Source of the DNA: Polyangiales bacterium
Lineage (GTDB): Bacteria; Myxococcota_A; Polyangia; Polyangiales; Polyangiaceae
NCBI GenBank assembly: GCA_038231275.1
Contig: JBBRLQ010000061.1
Coordinates: 1-17,970, forward strand
Reading direction: 5' to 3'
DNA length: 17,970 nt
Positions 1 to 10,068 of the stretch are shown piece after piece (position 1 is the stretch's first letter; every line of letters starts with the position of its first letter). The position numbers and the translations under genes were made by a program. A model generated the notes under the pieces. It made no database searches, had not been told where the DNA came from, and was given only the letters and a program-made list of their open reading frames with translations.

Positions 1-15
1 GACGCGTTCTCGCGG

Positions 16-44
16 AAACTGCCCGCGGTGAGTTCACCAACGGG
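16..44 (-). terminator. Possible weak intrinsic terminator / 3' trailer hairpin after the tRNA
   Basis: Minus strand CCCG-TT-GGTG-AACT-CACC-G-CGGG followed by CAGTTT; imperfect stem and only a short U tract. Confidence 0.3.
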
Positions 45-71
45 TCAGGCGCGCCTGCGCATTTGCAGATG

Positions 72-147
72 TGGCTCCGACTGCTGGACTCGAACCAGCG
101 ACCCGGCGGTTAACAGCCGCCTGCTCTACCAACTGAGCTAAGTCGGA
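72..147 (-). tRNA. tRNA-Asn (anticodon GTT), CCA encoded
   Basis: Reverse complement reads TCCGACT-TA-GCTC-AGTTGGTA-GAGC-A-GGCGG-CTGTTAA-CCGCC-GGGTC-GCTGG-TTCGAGT-CCAGC-AGTCGGA-G-CCA: 76 nt, complete cloverleaf, GTT anticodon, TTCGA T-loop. Confidence 0.98.
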
Positions 148-159
148 ATGGGGACAAGG

Positions 160-188
160 TTTCTAGACGCCGCCAGCCCGTCCGTCAA
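160..188 (-). promoter_or_regulatory. Putative sigma70 promoter of tRNA-Asn
   Basis: On the minus strand TTGACG (188-183), a 17-nt spacer, then TAGAAA (165-160), 12 nt upstream of the tRNA 5' end. Confidence 0.6.
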
Positions 189-226
189 GCTCGCTCCGCG
201 GCGCCGCGGGGGGCTACTCTGACCCC

Positions 227-1624
227 GTGAGGCGCGTTCGTCGTCCCGTCGGCTTCGGTCTGCTCGCGTTCGCGGCGTGGCTCGTGGCGTGCGGCGGTCG
301 AACGGCCGGGCCTCAGGCGGAGACGGCGGCGCCCCTGGTCGACACGTGTCGCGTTTCGCTCGGCCCCGCGCCCGCGATGCCCGACGCGCCGCCGCCGAAT
401 CCGTCGCCGCCGGCGATCGCGCGGTCCTCGATCATCGTCACCGCCGAGCTGCCGCTCGCGACGGTGACACGAAACCTCGAAGCCAAGGTCCCCACGCGCG
501 TCGCCGAGGAGCGCGATCACGACATCGGCATCGCGGGACGCCTCGAGTACACGGTCGACCGCGGCGCCTTCACCGCGAGCGCGCAGGGTGACGCGATCGT
601 CGTCGAGGCGCCGCTCGTCGCGCACGTGCGCGCGTGCGCGAAGGGATCGTGTTACGCGGGGTGCGATCCGGAGATCCACGTCGCGGCGCGCGTGCCGCTC
701 CGCCTCACGCCGGAGTACAAGCTGCGTGGCTCGCACGTGACCCTCACGGTCACGCGCGGCTGCGAGCTCCGCGTCATGGGAGGGCTCGTGCGCGTGGACG
801 TGACGCCGATCGTCCAAGAGCGCTTGTCGCACGAGACCCGCCGCATCGAGTCGTCGATCGATCGCGAGCTGCCCGATCTCCGTCCCGAGGCCGATCGCAT
901 CTGGGGCGAGCTCGGAAAGGCGCGGCCGCTGGCGCTCGGCGCGTGCGTCGTCCTCGCGCCCGAGGGGCTCGTGCAAGGGCCTGCGACCGGGGCCGGACAG
1001 ACGGCGCGCCTTCGCTTCGGCCTGCTCGCGCGCCCGGAGATGCGCATGCGGTGTGGAGATGCGCCGCGCGCGATACCGCTGCCTCCGCTCGCGGACGATC
1101 CGAAGCTGCCGGTAGAAGGGGAGATTGACCTCGCGATCGTCCTTCCGCCCGAAGCGCCGGCGATCGCGCTCGGCGGCGGCGCACCGTTCGATCTCGACCT
1201 CGATGGCACGCGTGCGCGCATCGATGGGGCCACCGGCACGATGCGCGCGCTGGGCGTCGCGCTGCGCGGAGACGTGTGCGGCGGGGTGAACCTCAGGGCG
1301 TCGGACGTGGCGTGGAGCGACGACGGTCGCGCGCTGCGCCTCCTCGGCGTGGCCGCGTTGCCGGGCGAAGCGGAACGACTCGCGGCCGCGCACGTCGACG
1401 TGGCGAAGGTGATCGCCGCGGTCGGGCGCGCGCCGATCGTGCTCCCTCTCTCTCCCGATCAGCTCCCCGCGTCGCTCCCCGAGCTCGCGCGCGGTCTCTC
1501 CGACGATCAGGTCACGATCGCCGCGACGGTGCGGGATGCGCGACCGGTCGGTGCGGGCCTTCGCGGCGAGGACGTCCTCGCGATCATGCGCGTGCACGGC
1601 ACGGTGACGCTCACGGCGCGGTGA
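227..1624 (+). CDS. DUF4403-family-like lipoprotein (465 aa)
   Basis: GTG start, basic N-terminus, hydrophobic stretch and lipobox LVAC. A Pro-rich linker is followed by 'SSIIVTAELPLATVTRNLEAKVP' and a beta-rich body resembling DUF4403 proteins (family assigned from recall). Confidence 0.7.
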   Translation: MRRVRRPVGFGLLAFAAWLVACGGRTAGPQAETAAPLVDTCRVSLGPAPAMPDAPPPNPSPPAIARSSIIVTAELPLATVTRNLEAKVPTRVAEERDHDIGIAGRLEYTVDRGAFTASAQGDAIVVEAPLVAHVRACAKGSCYAGCDPEIHVAARVPLRLTPEYKLRGSHVTLTVTRGCELRVMGGLVRVDVTPIVQERLSHETRRIESSIDRELPDLRPEADRIWGELGKARPLALGACVVLAPEGLVQGPATGAGQTARLRFGLLARPEMRMRCGDAPRAIPLPPLADDPKLPVEGEIDLAIVLPPEAPAIALGGGAPFDLDLDGTRARIDGATGTMRALGVALRGDVCGGVNLRASDVAWSDDGRALRLLGVAALPGEAERLAAAHVDVAKVIAAVGRAPIVLPLSPDQLPASLPELARGLSDDQVTIAATVRDARPVGAGLRGEDVLAIMRVHGTVTLTAR

Positions 1625-2042
1625 ACGTCCCGCCCTTGCTCTCGCACGCGCGCTTGCTGTCGAAGACGAGGCCTCGCGTCTCACGCCCGGTCTTCGCGCG
1701 GTAGACGTGCTGCTTCACCGTCATGGTCGGTCGCGACGCGGTGCACGTGCCGACGATCTTGTCGGCGGGACACGCATCGAGCGCCTCGCCCCCCTCGGTG
1801 GCGCAGCGTTGCCGCAGCTGAGCCGCCTCGTCCGACGGGATCCCTTGGTACTCCGCGCACACGTGAAGCCGCGCCTTGCACGCGACGCTCACGAGCACGG
1901 GCGGAAGAGGAGCCGACGCCGGCGCGCTCGCGACGGGTGGAGTCGGCGCGGGCTCGGCAGGGCGCGGGGGCGCGCCGCACGCGGCGAGAAGCACGAGGAG
2001 AGGAAGGAGACCGAACGACGCCGAGGCACGGCACAGGCCCAT
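1611..2042 (-). CDS. Cys-rich secreted lipoprotein, hypothetical (143 aa)
   Basis: Lipobox LAAC, Pro/Ala linker, mature domain with 6 Cys; 3' end overlaps the convergent gene by 14 bp. Confidence 0.75.
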   Translation of the reverse strand: MGLCRASASFGLLPLLVLLAACGAPPRPAEPAPTPPVASAPASAPLPPVLVSVACKARLHVCAEYQGIPSDEAAQLRQRCATEGGEALDACPADKIVGTCTASRPTMTVKQHVYRAKTGRETRGLVFDSKRACESKGGTFTAP

Positions 2043-2101
2043 GCCTCTTCAACGCTCGCCGCGCGGTCGCGCTTCCGGAGATGACTCTCCTCTACTCTCC
2101 T

Positions 2102-2287
2102 CTAGTACTCGTCCTCGAGCTTCGGCTGCGGTCCCGGGATGATCCCCGCAATATCGGGGTCTTCCCCCCCGGGACGGGGCGCCTGGTTGGCGCGCTCGTG
2201 ACGCTTCTGATCGCGTCGCGCGTCCTTGTCCTTCTGGCGGTCCTGGCGGTTTCGTTCCTTCTGTCGCTTTGCAGGCGTCGTCGGCAT
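2102..2287 (-). CDS. Small charged protein (61 aa), basic helix plus DPDIAGIIPGPQP motif
   Basis: ATG at 2287 with GGAG about 10 nt upstream. An extended -10-like TGgTAAGTT lies at 2348-2340. Sequence MPTTPAKRQKERNRQDRQKDK...EDPDIAGIIPGPQPKLEDEY. Confidence 0.75.
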   Translation of the reverse strand: MPTTPAKRQKERNRQDRQKDKDARRDQKRHERANQAPRPGGEDPDIAGIIPGPQPKLEDEY

Positions 2288-2416
2288 CGTGCAATGACTC
2301 CACGTGATCCACACGCCGAAGGGCGGCGCGCGGCGGGACAACTTACCACGAAGGCTCGCGCGGCCGTAGCAGCTTTGGGTCGTCGTGATGGCACGGGGGT
2401 GCTAGGGTCGGCCCCA

Positions 2417-2779
2417 ATGAAAGATCAGCGGCTCAAAGTTTTCAAGACGGCCCTCGATGCCCTCGTCGAGTCGCTCGATGCGCAAGTGCGCGTCGCGCGC
2501 TGGAGCGACACGGCCGAGCCGCCGCCGGAGCCGCTGCGCATCGCCGCGTCCAAGCTCACCGAGCGTCTAGGCGCGGCCGATCGCCTCGCCTCGGGCACGT
2601 TCGTCGGCTCGCCGGTCGACACCACACGCGTCAACGCAATTTGCGCGACGATGAAGCGCCTCGACGTCGCCTACGTCGCGTACCGCAAGCGCCTGGAAGG
2701 AAAGCCGGAGCAGCTCGGCGACGCCGCGTCCGCGCTCGAGCTGGACATCGCCGAGGCCACCGCGCCGCCGCCGGCGTAG
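2417..2779 (+). CDS. Hypothetical alpha-helical protein (120 aa)
   Basis: ATG at 2417 (MKDQRLKVFK...) inside track ORF 1937..2779, whose upstream part overlaps other genes. Codon usage and amino-acid composition look normal from 2417 onward. Confidence 0.75.
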   Translation: MKDQRLKVFKTALDALVESLDAQVRVARWSDTAEPPPEPLRIAASKLTERLGAADRLASGTFVGSPVDTTRVNAICATMKRLDVAYVAYRKRLEGKPEQLGDAASALELDIAEATAPPPA

Positions 2780-2807
2780 CGCGTGCATGGTTCTTGCGGC
2801 GTGCGGG

Positions 2808-2836
2808 TTGCGCCCGCGGCCTAGCCGCGGTATGAC
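2808..2836 (+). promoter_or_regulatory. Putative sigma70 promoter for the helicase operon
   Basis: TTGCGC (2808-2813), 17 nt, TATGAC (2831-2836); the spacer is an inverted repeat CCGCGGC-CTA-GCCGCGG. Confidence 0.4.
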
Positions 2837-2998
2837 ATCTGCACTCGCGACTCGGCAACGGATGTTGGAGCGTGATTGACGAGGCCATCAAGCGTCTCGT
2901 CTCGCCCTTCTGGAGCCCGCGGCATCGAGGACGGCAATGATGAAGCACCCTCCCTATTATCGGGGAACGGCGCTGCCGCGAGAGAGTGTGTTTTCATT

Positions 2999-4314
<1,316 letters not shown>

Positions 4315-4318
<4 letters not shown>

Positions 4319-4677
4319 CAGAGGGAAGCGGCGGCGGGCGACGTGGCGCGGACGCGGCGGCGAAGGCCGACGCGCTCAAGATCACGAACCAGTACCGATC
4401 GAAGACGGGGTTCGTTTACGACCTGAAATGCAACGGGGTTCGCCTGACGGTGGGCATCGCCCCGCGCCAAGGGCCGTCGGATCCCGGCGAGTGGTGCGTC
4501 GAGGGGCACGCCGGATCAGCGTCCGATGCGCCGCTCGTCTCTGCGTGGGGCCCGACCAAGAGCGAGGCGCTGAGCGAGGTCGGTCGGCTCTGGGCCGGCA
4601 AGACGGCGGAGCTCGGTCTCCCCGAGTTCGATTGGGCCGCGGTGGCCGTGGTGCTCTCCGGCGTCCGCGCCATCTAG
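4315..4677 (+). CDS. Hypothetical protein (120 aa)
   Basis: GTGA overlap with the helicase stop, preceded by GAGGGGG. Globular Trp-containing sequence (ITNQYRSKTGFVYDLKC...FDWAAVAVVL). Confidence 0.8.
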
Positions 4678-4686
4678 GAGGCCGTC

Positions 4687-4908
4687 GTGGACAAGAAGAA
4701 GAAGCTCCTGCTCTCGAAGATCGCGACCTCCAAGAGTGAGGTCGCCGACGCCGAGAAGCAGCTCACCAAAGTGCTGAGCGAGACGCAGAACGGTCCACGC
4801 GCCGAGAAGACGCAGGTGACCGAGACCTTGAAGGACGCGCTCGCGAAGCTGCGCGCGGCCCGAATCGATCTCGAAGACCTCGATCGCTTGATCTCCGAGA
4901 AGGACTAG
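4687..4908 (+). CDS. Small coiled-coil / helical-hairpin protein (73 aa)
   Basis: Strong SD AGGAGG just upstream of GTG 4687; heptad-like Leu/Lys/Glu pattern. Confidence 0.8.
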   Translation: MDKKKKLLLSKIATSKSEVADAEKQLTKVLSETQNGPRAEKTQVTETLKDALAKLRAARIDLEDLDRLISEKD

Positions 4909-6518
4909 TCCAGCTTCTTGGCGGTGCTCGGCGACTCCGCTCTCGAGCCACCGGCGGCTTCCAGCGGCGTCCCCGCCTCGACCCCCGCTGCGCGCGCATC
5001 CACCGCACGGAGTAGGTGCTCGGCTGCGCTCGCGCCAACCAACCCGTGTCGGTGTTCTTCGAGGACCGTCGCCTTCTCGACCGCCAAGAGAGCCCGGCGC
5101 ATCGCCAGCATCTCCTCGCGGAGCAATTCTCCGGCTTCGATGTGTAGCTCGCGGATTGCGTCGTCGGCTGCGGTGACTGCCCCCTCGTACTCGACACGCA
5201 GCGCTGTCGCCACCTGGTCGTGCACGCGGCCCTGCCGCGTCATCTCGTTTAGAGCCTGGAGCGCCGCAGCCGCTGCGCGCCGGCTCCCGCGATGGCGCTC
5301 GTAGACTTCGCGGTCCGCACTCGACCCAACGACTCCGAGCCACCGGAGGAGCGGGCCCATCGTGAGCCCCTGTAAAACAAGCGAGAGGAGCACGACGCCG
5401 AACGTCAGCGTCACCAGCGTGCGTCGATGCGGAAAGTCCTCGGGCAACGCGAGAACGAGGACCATAGAAAGCACCCCGCGCAACCCTCCCCACGTCATGA
5501 CGATTCCCCATCGCCAGGGGATCCGCTCCGACGACCGCGACAAGGCGGCGGTGGTGAACGCGACGACGACTGCGCGCGCCGCCATCACGCATACGTACGC
5601 AACGAGCACCGCCTTCCAAGAAGCCACGAGCTCGTCGAGGTGGACCTGGAAGCCGATGAGCAGGAACACTACCGAGTTGAGGGCGAAGGCGACGTACTCC
5701 CAGAACGACTCCACCGCCACACGCGTCGTCGGGCTCATGCCCGTGTGCCGGCCGTAGTTGCCGACGATCATGCCCGCGACCACGGTCGCGATGACGCCGG
5801 AGAAGTGGAAGTGCTCGGCCGCCGCGAAGGAGCCGTAGGCCGCGATCGTCGTGAGGGTGATCTCGATCATCGCGTCGTCGACACGCTGGATCACCATCGA
5901 CACCGCGAGCGCGATGGCCACACCGATGAGCGCGCCCATTCCGACCACCTTCACGAAGTCGACGGTCGCGCCTGCGACGGAGACCGGACTGCCGTCCAGG
6001 TACGCGAGGACCATCGAGAAGAACACGACCGCGGTTCCGTCGTTGAGGAGGCTCTCGCCCTCCACGAGGACCCCGAGGCGCTTGGGCGCGCCGAGGCTTT
6101 TGAACATGGCGACCACCGCGATGGGATCCGTCGCGGCGATGAGCGCGGCGAACACCAGCGCGTGCACGAACCCAAAGCCGGGCGCGAGGCCGAGGGCACG
6201 GATCGCCGGAGCGAGCACGCCCGCCATCAAGGCCATCGCGGCGACAACCCCTGGCACGGCGAGGGAAACGATCGCGAGCTTGTTTCGCCGGAACCGCTCT
6301 ATCTCCAGGTGAAACGCGGCCTCGAAGAGGAGGCCGGGGAGGAAGATCGCGTAGAGGAGCTCCTTCGTCAAATGAGGCGGCTCGAACGCGCGCACCGATC
6401 CCAGGACCACGCCGGCGACGACGAGGGCGACCGTGTACGGGGCCTTGATGCGTCGCGCGACGAGCGCAACGGCAGCGGCGATCGCGAAAAGAACGACGAT
6501 GAGGTTCTCGAACGTCAT
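4905..6518 (-). CDS. Na+/H+ antiporter, CPA1 family (NhaP/NhaK/NhaG-like), 537 aa
   Basis: CPA1 motifs IFLPGLLFEAA, ATDPIAV, EGESLLNDG, SGVIATV and WGGLRG; about 12 hydrophobic helices and a helical cytoplasmic C-tail. Confidence 0.95.
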   Translation of the reverse strand: MTFENLIVVLFAIAAAVALVARRIKAPYTVALVVAGVVLGSVRAFEPPHLTKELLYAIFLPGLLFEAAFHLEIERFRRNKLAIVSLAVPGVVAAMALMAGVLAPAIRALGLAPGFGFVHALVFAALIAATDPIAVVAMFKSLGAPKRLGVLVEGESLLNDGTAVVFFSMVLAYLDGSPVSVAGATVDFVKVVGMGALIGVAIALAVSMVIQRVDDAMIEITLTTIAAYGSFAAAEHFHFSGVIATVVAGMIVGNYGRHTGMSPTTRVAVESFWEYVAFALNSVVFLLIGFQVHLDELVASWKAVLVAYVCVMAARAVVVAFTTAALSRSSERIPWRWGIVMTWGGLRGVLSMVLVLALPEDFPHRRTLVTLTFGVVLLSLVLQGLTMGPLLRWLGVVGSSADREVYERHRGSRRAAAAALQALNEMTRQGRVHDQVATALRVEYEGAVTAADDAIRELHIEAGELLREEMLAMRRALLAVEKATVLEEHRHGLVGASAAEHLLRAVDARAAGVEAGTPLEAAGGSRAESPSTAKKLD

Positions 6519-6626
6519 TGCGTGCGATAGGTTAGCAGCGCCCGCCGTTGGCGATGCGTACTGCCGACCTCGGGCAACTTTGGCGCGCGCGGGGAGTGCC
6601 GCAGAGAGGTTCTACCAGCACGCCCC

Positions 6627-7775
6627 ATGATCTCGTCGAGCCCTCCCCTTACTTCGGTCGACGCGACGGCGGTGACCGTCGGCCCCGATCGCGTTCGGCT
6701 CCTTCGCGATGGCACCGAGGCGTTCCCGGCGATGCTCGCGGCGATCGCGGCCGCGAGGCACGAAATCCTGCTCGAGATGTACTGGTTCGGCGCGGACCGC
6801 ATCGGCGAGCAGTTTCGCGGAGCCCTCATCGAACGCGCCCGCGCGGGCGTTCGTACCCGCATCCTGTTCGACGGCTTCGGTAGCCTCGAGATGCCCAACA
6901 GCTGGTGGCGGCCGCTCCTCGACGCGGGCGCCGAGGTCCAAGAGTTCTCGCCGATCTCCCCGCTCAAGCGCCAGTTCCGCGCGGGGCGCGTCGCAAACCG
7001 AGACCATCGCAAGGTGCTCGTCGTAGACGGGGTTACCGGCTTCGCCGGGGGCATCAACATCGGCGAGCTTTGGGCGCCGCCCGACGCTCCGGAGTCCGCG
7101 TGGCGGGACGATGGCATCGAAATTTCGGGCCCCACCGCCCAAGTGCTCCGCGTCGCGTTCTACGACGTTTGGCGCCGATGCGGACGGGCTGTCGACGCCG
7201 ACATGAGCGAGCCTTTGCCCGGCAACCCGCTCCTTCGCATCCTCACCAATCGCATCGAGCGTCGTCCAACCCGCTCGATTCGTCGCGTGTACCTCGCAGG
7301 GCTCCGGCGCGCAACCAAGTCGGTCGACATCGCGAGCGCCTATTTTCTGCCGGGGCCGCGCTTTCTGCACGCGATGCGAGGCGCAGCGCGCCGAGGCGTG
7401 CGCGTTCGCCTCCTCGTGCCCGGGCGGTCCGACGTTCCAATCGTGTCTCTGGCGATGAGCTCTCTCTACGGCCGCCTCCTGTCGGACGGCGTCGAGGTGT
7501 ACGCGTACACGCCGCGCGTTCTGCACGCCAAGACGGGCGTGTTCGACGAGCGCTTCACGATGATCGGCAGCCACAACCTCGACGCCCGGTCGTGGCGATT
7601 CAACCTCGAGTGCAATGTCCTCGTCGACTCGCCCGAGTTCGCGCGCGTGGTCGGTCGGTCGTTCGAGCGGGACCTCACCGACGCGAGGCGCCTTGATCTT
7701 GGAGAGTGGCGCGGGCGCCCGGTCTCGTTGCGAATGCTCGCCTGGCTGGCGGCGCTCTTTCGCAAAGTGCTCTGA
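6627..7775 (+). CDS. clsB: Cardiolipin synthase B-like phospholipase D (382 aa)
   Basis: Two HKD motifs (RDHRKVLVVD..GGINI; LHAKTGVFD..GSHNLD), plus WRD and AYFLP. Lacks the N-terminal TM anchor of ClsA, as ClsB does. Confidence 0.9.
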   Translation: MISSSPPLTSVDATAVTVGPDRVRLLRDGTEAFPAMLAAIAAARHEILLEMYWFGADRIGEQFRGALIERARAGVRTRILFDGFGSLEMPNSWWRPLLDAGAEVQEFSPISPLKRQFRAGRVANRDHRKVLVVDGVTGFAGGINIGELWAPPDAPESAWRDDGIEISGPTAQVLRVAFYDVWRRCGRAVDADMSEPLPGNPLLRILTNRIERRPTRSIRRVYLAGLRRATKSVDIASAYFLPGPRFLHAMRGAARRGVRVRLLVPGRSDVPIVSLAMSSLYGRLLSDGVEVYAYTPRVLHAKTGVFDERFTMIGSHNLDARSWRFNLECNVLVDSPEFARVVGRSFERDLTDARRLDLGEWRGRPVSLRMLAWLAALFRKVL

Positions 7776-7909
7776 CTCTAGCTCGCGCGATCCCTGCGGG
7801 CTTGGCTCGGAAGCTGCACAGTGACCTATCCATGGCACGTGCACTCGACGACCCCTTCCCGTTACCCGGCGAACTCGTCAGGCGCATGCGAGGGCGTCGG
7901 AGACAGGGG

Positions 7910-8470
7910 ATGGCAGTCTCATTCTCGGTTTGCTCGATCGGAGCGCTGACGGCGGGAGCGCTGGTCATGTCCCTCGCCGGCGGTTGCGGCAGGAGCCTGG
8001 AGAAGGTGCCGAAGGCTCCGGAGGCGGACGACGAAAGGGACCTCGTCGCCATCGAGGAAGAAATGACGGTGGACGAAGCAGCGGAACCTGGCGCGCCCGA
8101 TCCTCCGGCCTACACGCCGCCTCGTCCGAAGGTTTATCCGGACTACTACGCGGCTGCGGTGAAGAACGCGGGCGATGTGTTTCGATCGATGCGGCCCGAC
8201 TTCCGCGAATGCTACAAAGAGAAGCTGGCCGCGAACCCCGAGGCGCACGCGTCGATCGTCTTCAACGTGCTCATTGGCCCGATGGGCGCGGTGCGGTCTG
8301 TGGAGATGACGGGCGGCGCGCTGCTCGGCGACGACGGCCGCGAGTGCCTTGCAGCGCGCGTCCGCAAGGCGACGTTCACCCCGGTGCACGGCGGCGGCAC
8401 GTTGCGCATCAAGTTGCCGATGGAGTTCAGGGCGGTGCTCGCCGCACGTGACGCGGGCGCGGACCGCTGA
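7910..8470 (+). CDS. AgmX/PglI C-terminal (TonB-C-like) domain lipoprotein (186 aa)
   Basis: ATG 7910 with GGAG SD; lipobox-like LAGGC; C-terminal 'FRECYKEKL..P...SIVFNVLIGPMGAV...CL...FTPVHGG..IKLPMEF' pattern typical of myxobacterial AgmX/PglI-C domains. Confidence 0.8.
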   Translation: MAVSFSVCSIGALTAGALVMSLAGGCGRSLEKVPKAPEADDERDLVAIEEEMTVDEAAEPGAPDPPAYTPPRPKVYPDYYAAAVKNAGDVFRSMRPDFRECYKEKLAANPEAHASIVFNVLIGPMGAVRSVEMTGGALLGDDGRECLAARVRKATFTPVHGGGTLRIKLPMEFRAVLAARDAGADR

Positions 8471-8550
8471 GCGGGTACGAGGGACACGGTGTGTCGAAAT
8501 GACCCTCGCCCACGGACAGGGAGACCGCGCACCGCGCCGGCTCCATCACC

Positions 8551-8961
8551 TCAACGCACGACCGCGGGCGTCGCCTCCGCGGGTCGCTCGTGCTCGCGCT
8601 GGCGGCGTCCCCGGGCGACCGGCTCACGGGAGCGCCTCTTCAGAGCGCGACGAACTGCACGCTCGGCGTGGTCGAGCGCTCCGTCTACGGCCGCGCGAGG
8701 ATCGAGGTCGCGATAGTCGAGGATCACGCTCGGCAGGCCGAGAAGCGCCACCTTCACGCGACACGCCTTCTCGACCGGGCCACGATGCGCGGCACTCTCT
8801 TCGAGTCGAACCGTGACGCGCTCGATACGAGAGACAAACTTCCCGAATTTCTGCTCCAGCCGTCGGGCGAGGTACAGACGTAACTCAGGGTGAAGGTCGA
8901 GACCGTGAAGATCGAAGCTCAGTGACGGGGGCGGCGCGTGAGGGTTCGAAGTGTCGTTCAT
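8551..8961 (-). CDS. HPF/RaiA-family ribosome-associated (subunit interface) protein (136 aa)
   Basis: ATG 8961 with GGAAGGAG upstream. Pattern 'HGLDLHPELRLYLARRL...IERVTVRL...C.VKV.L.G...V......D..AAVDGALD..ERAVRR' matches the S30AE/HPF fold. Confidence 0.85.
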   Translation of the reverse strand: MNDTSNPHAPPPSLSFDLHGLDLHPELRLYLARRLEQKFGKFVSRIERVTVRLEESAAHRGPVEKACRVKVALLGLPSVILDYRDLDPRAAVDGALDHAERAVRRALKRRSREPVARGRRQREHERPAEATPAVVR

Positions 8962-9009
8962 GGCCAGGTGGGCTCCTTCCGAATGCAGTTGGTCGACAGG
9001 AGACCAAGG

Positions 9010-9025
9010 TGCAAATCGCGCGCCC
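9010..9025 (-). promoter_or_regulatory. Putative sigma54 (-24/-12) promoter of the HPF-family gene
   Basis: Minus strand GGGCGCG-CGAT-TTGCA gives exact GG-N10-GC spacing with TTGCA, about 50 nt upstream of the ATG. Confidence 0.6.
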
Positions 9026-9156
9026 CGCATCGAAACCGCCCAATGCAGCTCAGGCGGTTCGACGAACGCAAGGCGAGGGAAAGGTTTGGCTCATCGATAC
9101 CAGCGTCGGGGCCGGGAGCCGGTAGGGGGACCGCGCCTGCAGCGTGCGCGCGACCG

Positions 9157-10068
9157 TCATGAGGCGGCCGGTGGCGCTTCCATGCGCACGTTGAACACGG
9201 GCGCCTCGACCAGTTGGAACGTCGCCGAGGCGAAGCCCACGAGGCCCTTCGTCTCGTCGAAGGCCGGTAAGATCCGCGTGAAGAGCTGATCCTTCGTCAT
9301 GCGGCGCTCGCGGAAATGCGTGACATAACGAACGGTGAACTCGACCCAGTTGTCGTTCGCCACGACGGTCACCACCGGCTCGAGCCGCGCGTCCTCCACG
9401 CGGTACTTGCGCACGGTGGTCAGCCAAGGCTCCTTGGCCCCGGCGACCCTCTCGGCGGTGACCTCGTCGGCGATGCCCTGGAGGATCTTCCGCGCCAACG
9501 CGTAGTCGGAGCCGTACTTCACCGGCACGGTGAACTCGTCCCAGACGTACGGAAAGTCCGCGGAGTAGTTGTAGACCGGCTCTTTGAAGACGGAGCTGTT
9601 GGCGACGCGCACGATGCGGCCGTTGTAGAGGTCGGCCTTCACCCACCCGCCGCACTCCATCATCGTCGTCCGCAGCATGCCGATGTCGATGACGTCGCCC
9701 ACGATGCCCCCGAGCTGGATGCGGTCGCCCACCCGAAAAAAGCTGCCGAAAGAAAGGGCGACCCAACCGGCGATGCTCGCGATCAGCTCCTTGAGCGAGA
9801 ACGCGATGCCCGCGCTGGCGGCGCCCAGCGCGACGGTCAGGCCGCTCATTTTTCCGCTGAGCGAGCCGACGACCACGAGGACGGCGACGACATACCCCGC
9901 CGAAGCGATCGCCTTGCGCACGCGGTAGCGAACGTCCTTGTCGTCGATGTACCGGGAAGACACACGGCGGAGCACCCGCGCGAGGACGAGCACGACGACC
10001 ACGGCCGCGATCGTCCACGCGATCTCACGCACCGACGGGCTCTCCCAGAGCGCGATCAGCCGTTCCAT
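9157..10068 (-). CDS. MscS-family mechanosensitive channel (303 aa), second in operon
   Basis: ATG 10068 (MERLIALWES) in a TGATG overlap with the upstream stop. Three TM helices, pore segment GAASAGIAFSLKELIASIAG, and FRVGDRIQ..GDVIDIG beta-domain signature. Confidence 0.93.
   Translation of the reverse strand: MERLIALWESPSVREIAWTIAAVVVVLVLARVLRRVSSRYIDDKDVRYRVRKAIASAGYVVAVLVVVGSLSGKMSGLTVALGAASAGIAFSLKELIASIAGWVALSFGSFFRVGDRIQLGGIVGDVIDIGMLRTTMMECGGWVKADLYNGRIVRVANSSVFKEPVYNYSADFPYVWDEFTVPVKYGSDYALARKILQGIADEVTAERVAGAKEPWLTTVRKYRVEDARLEPVVTVVANDNWVEFTVRYVTHFRERRMTKDQLFTRILPAFDETKGLVGFASATFQLVEAPVFNVRMEAPPAAS

Noticed and set aside
1..147. tRNA-Asn as an integration site of a mobile element
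   Set aside because: No integrase or duplicated tRNA 3' end in the window; any element would lie left of position 1 and cannot be assessed.
185..1684. 499-aa minus-strand ORF, and similar long antisense ORFs (2957-4279, 6612-7844, 11285-12724, 12764-14203)
   Set aside because: Arg-rich shadow frames opposite well-supported genes; expected in high-GC DNA with few stop codons.
2389..2403. sigma54-like TGGCACGGGGGTGCT
   Set aside because: GG-to-GC spacing is 9 rather than the required 10; better read as an extended -10 (TGcTAGGGT).
2856..2867. GGA-loop hairpin as a CsrA/RsmA site
   Set aside because: Single site, imperfect match to CANGGANG, far from the SD, and no evidence in the window that the host has CsrA.
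7833..7848. TGGCACG sigma54 -24 box upstream of the AgmX-like gene
   Set aside because: No GC at the -12 position (TGGCACGTGCACTCG).
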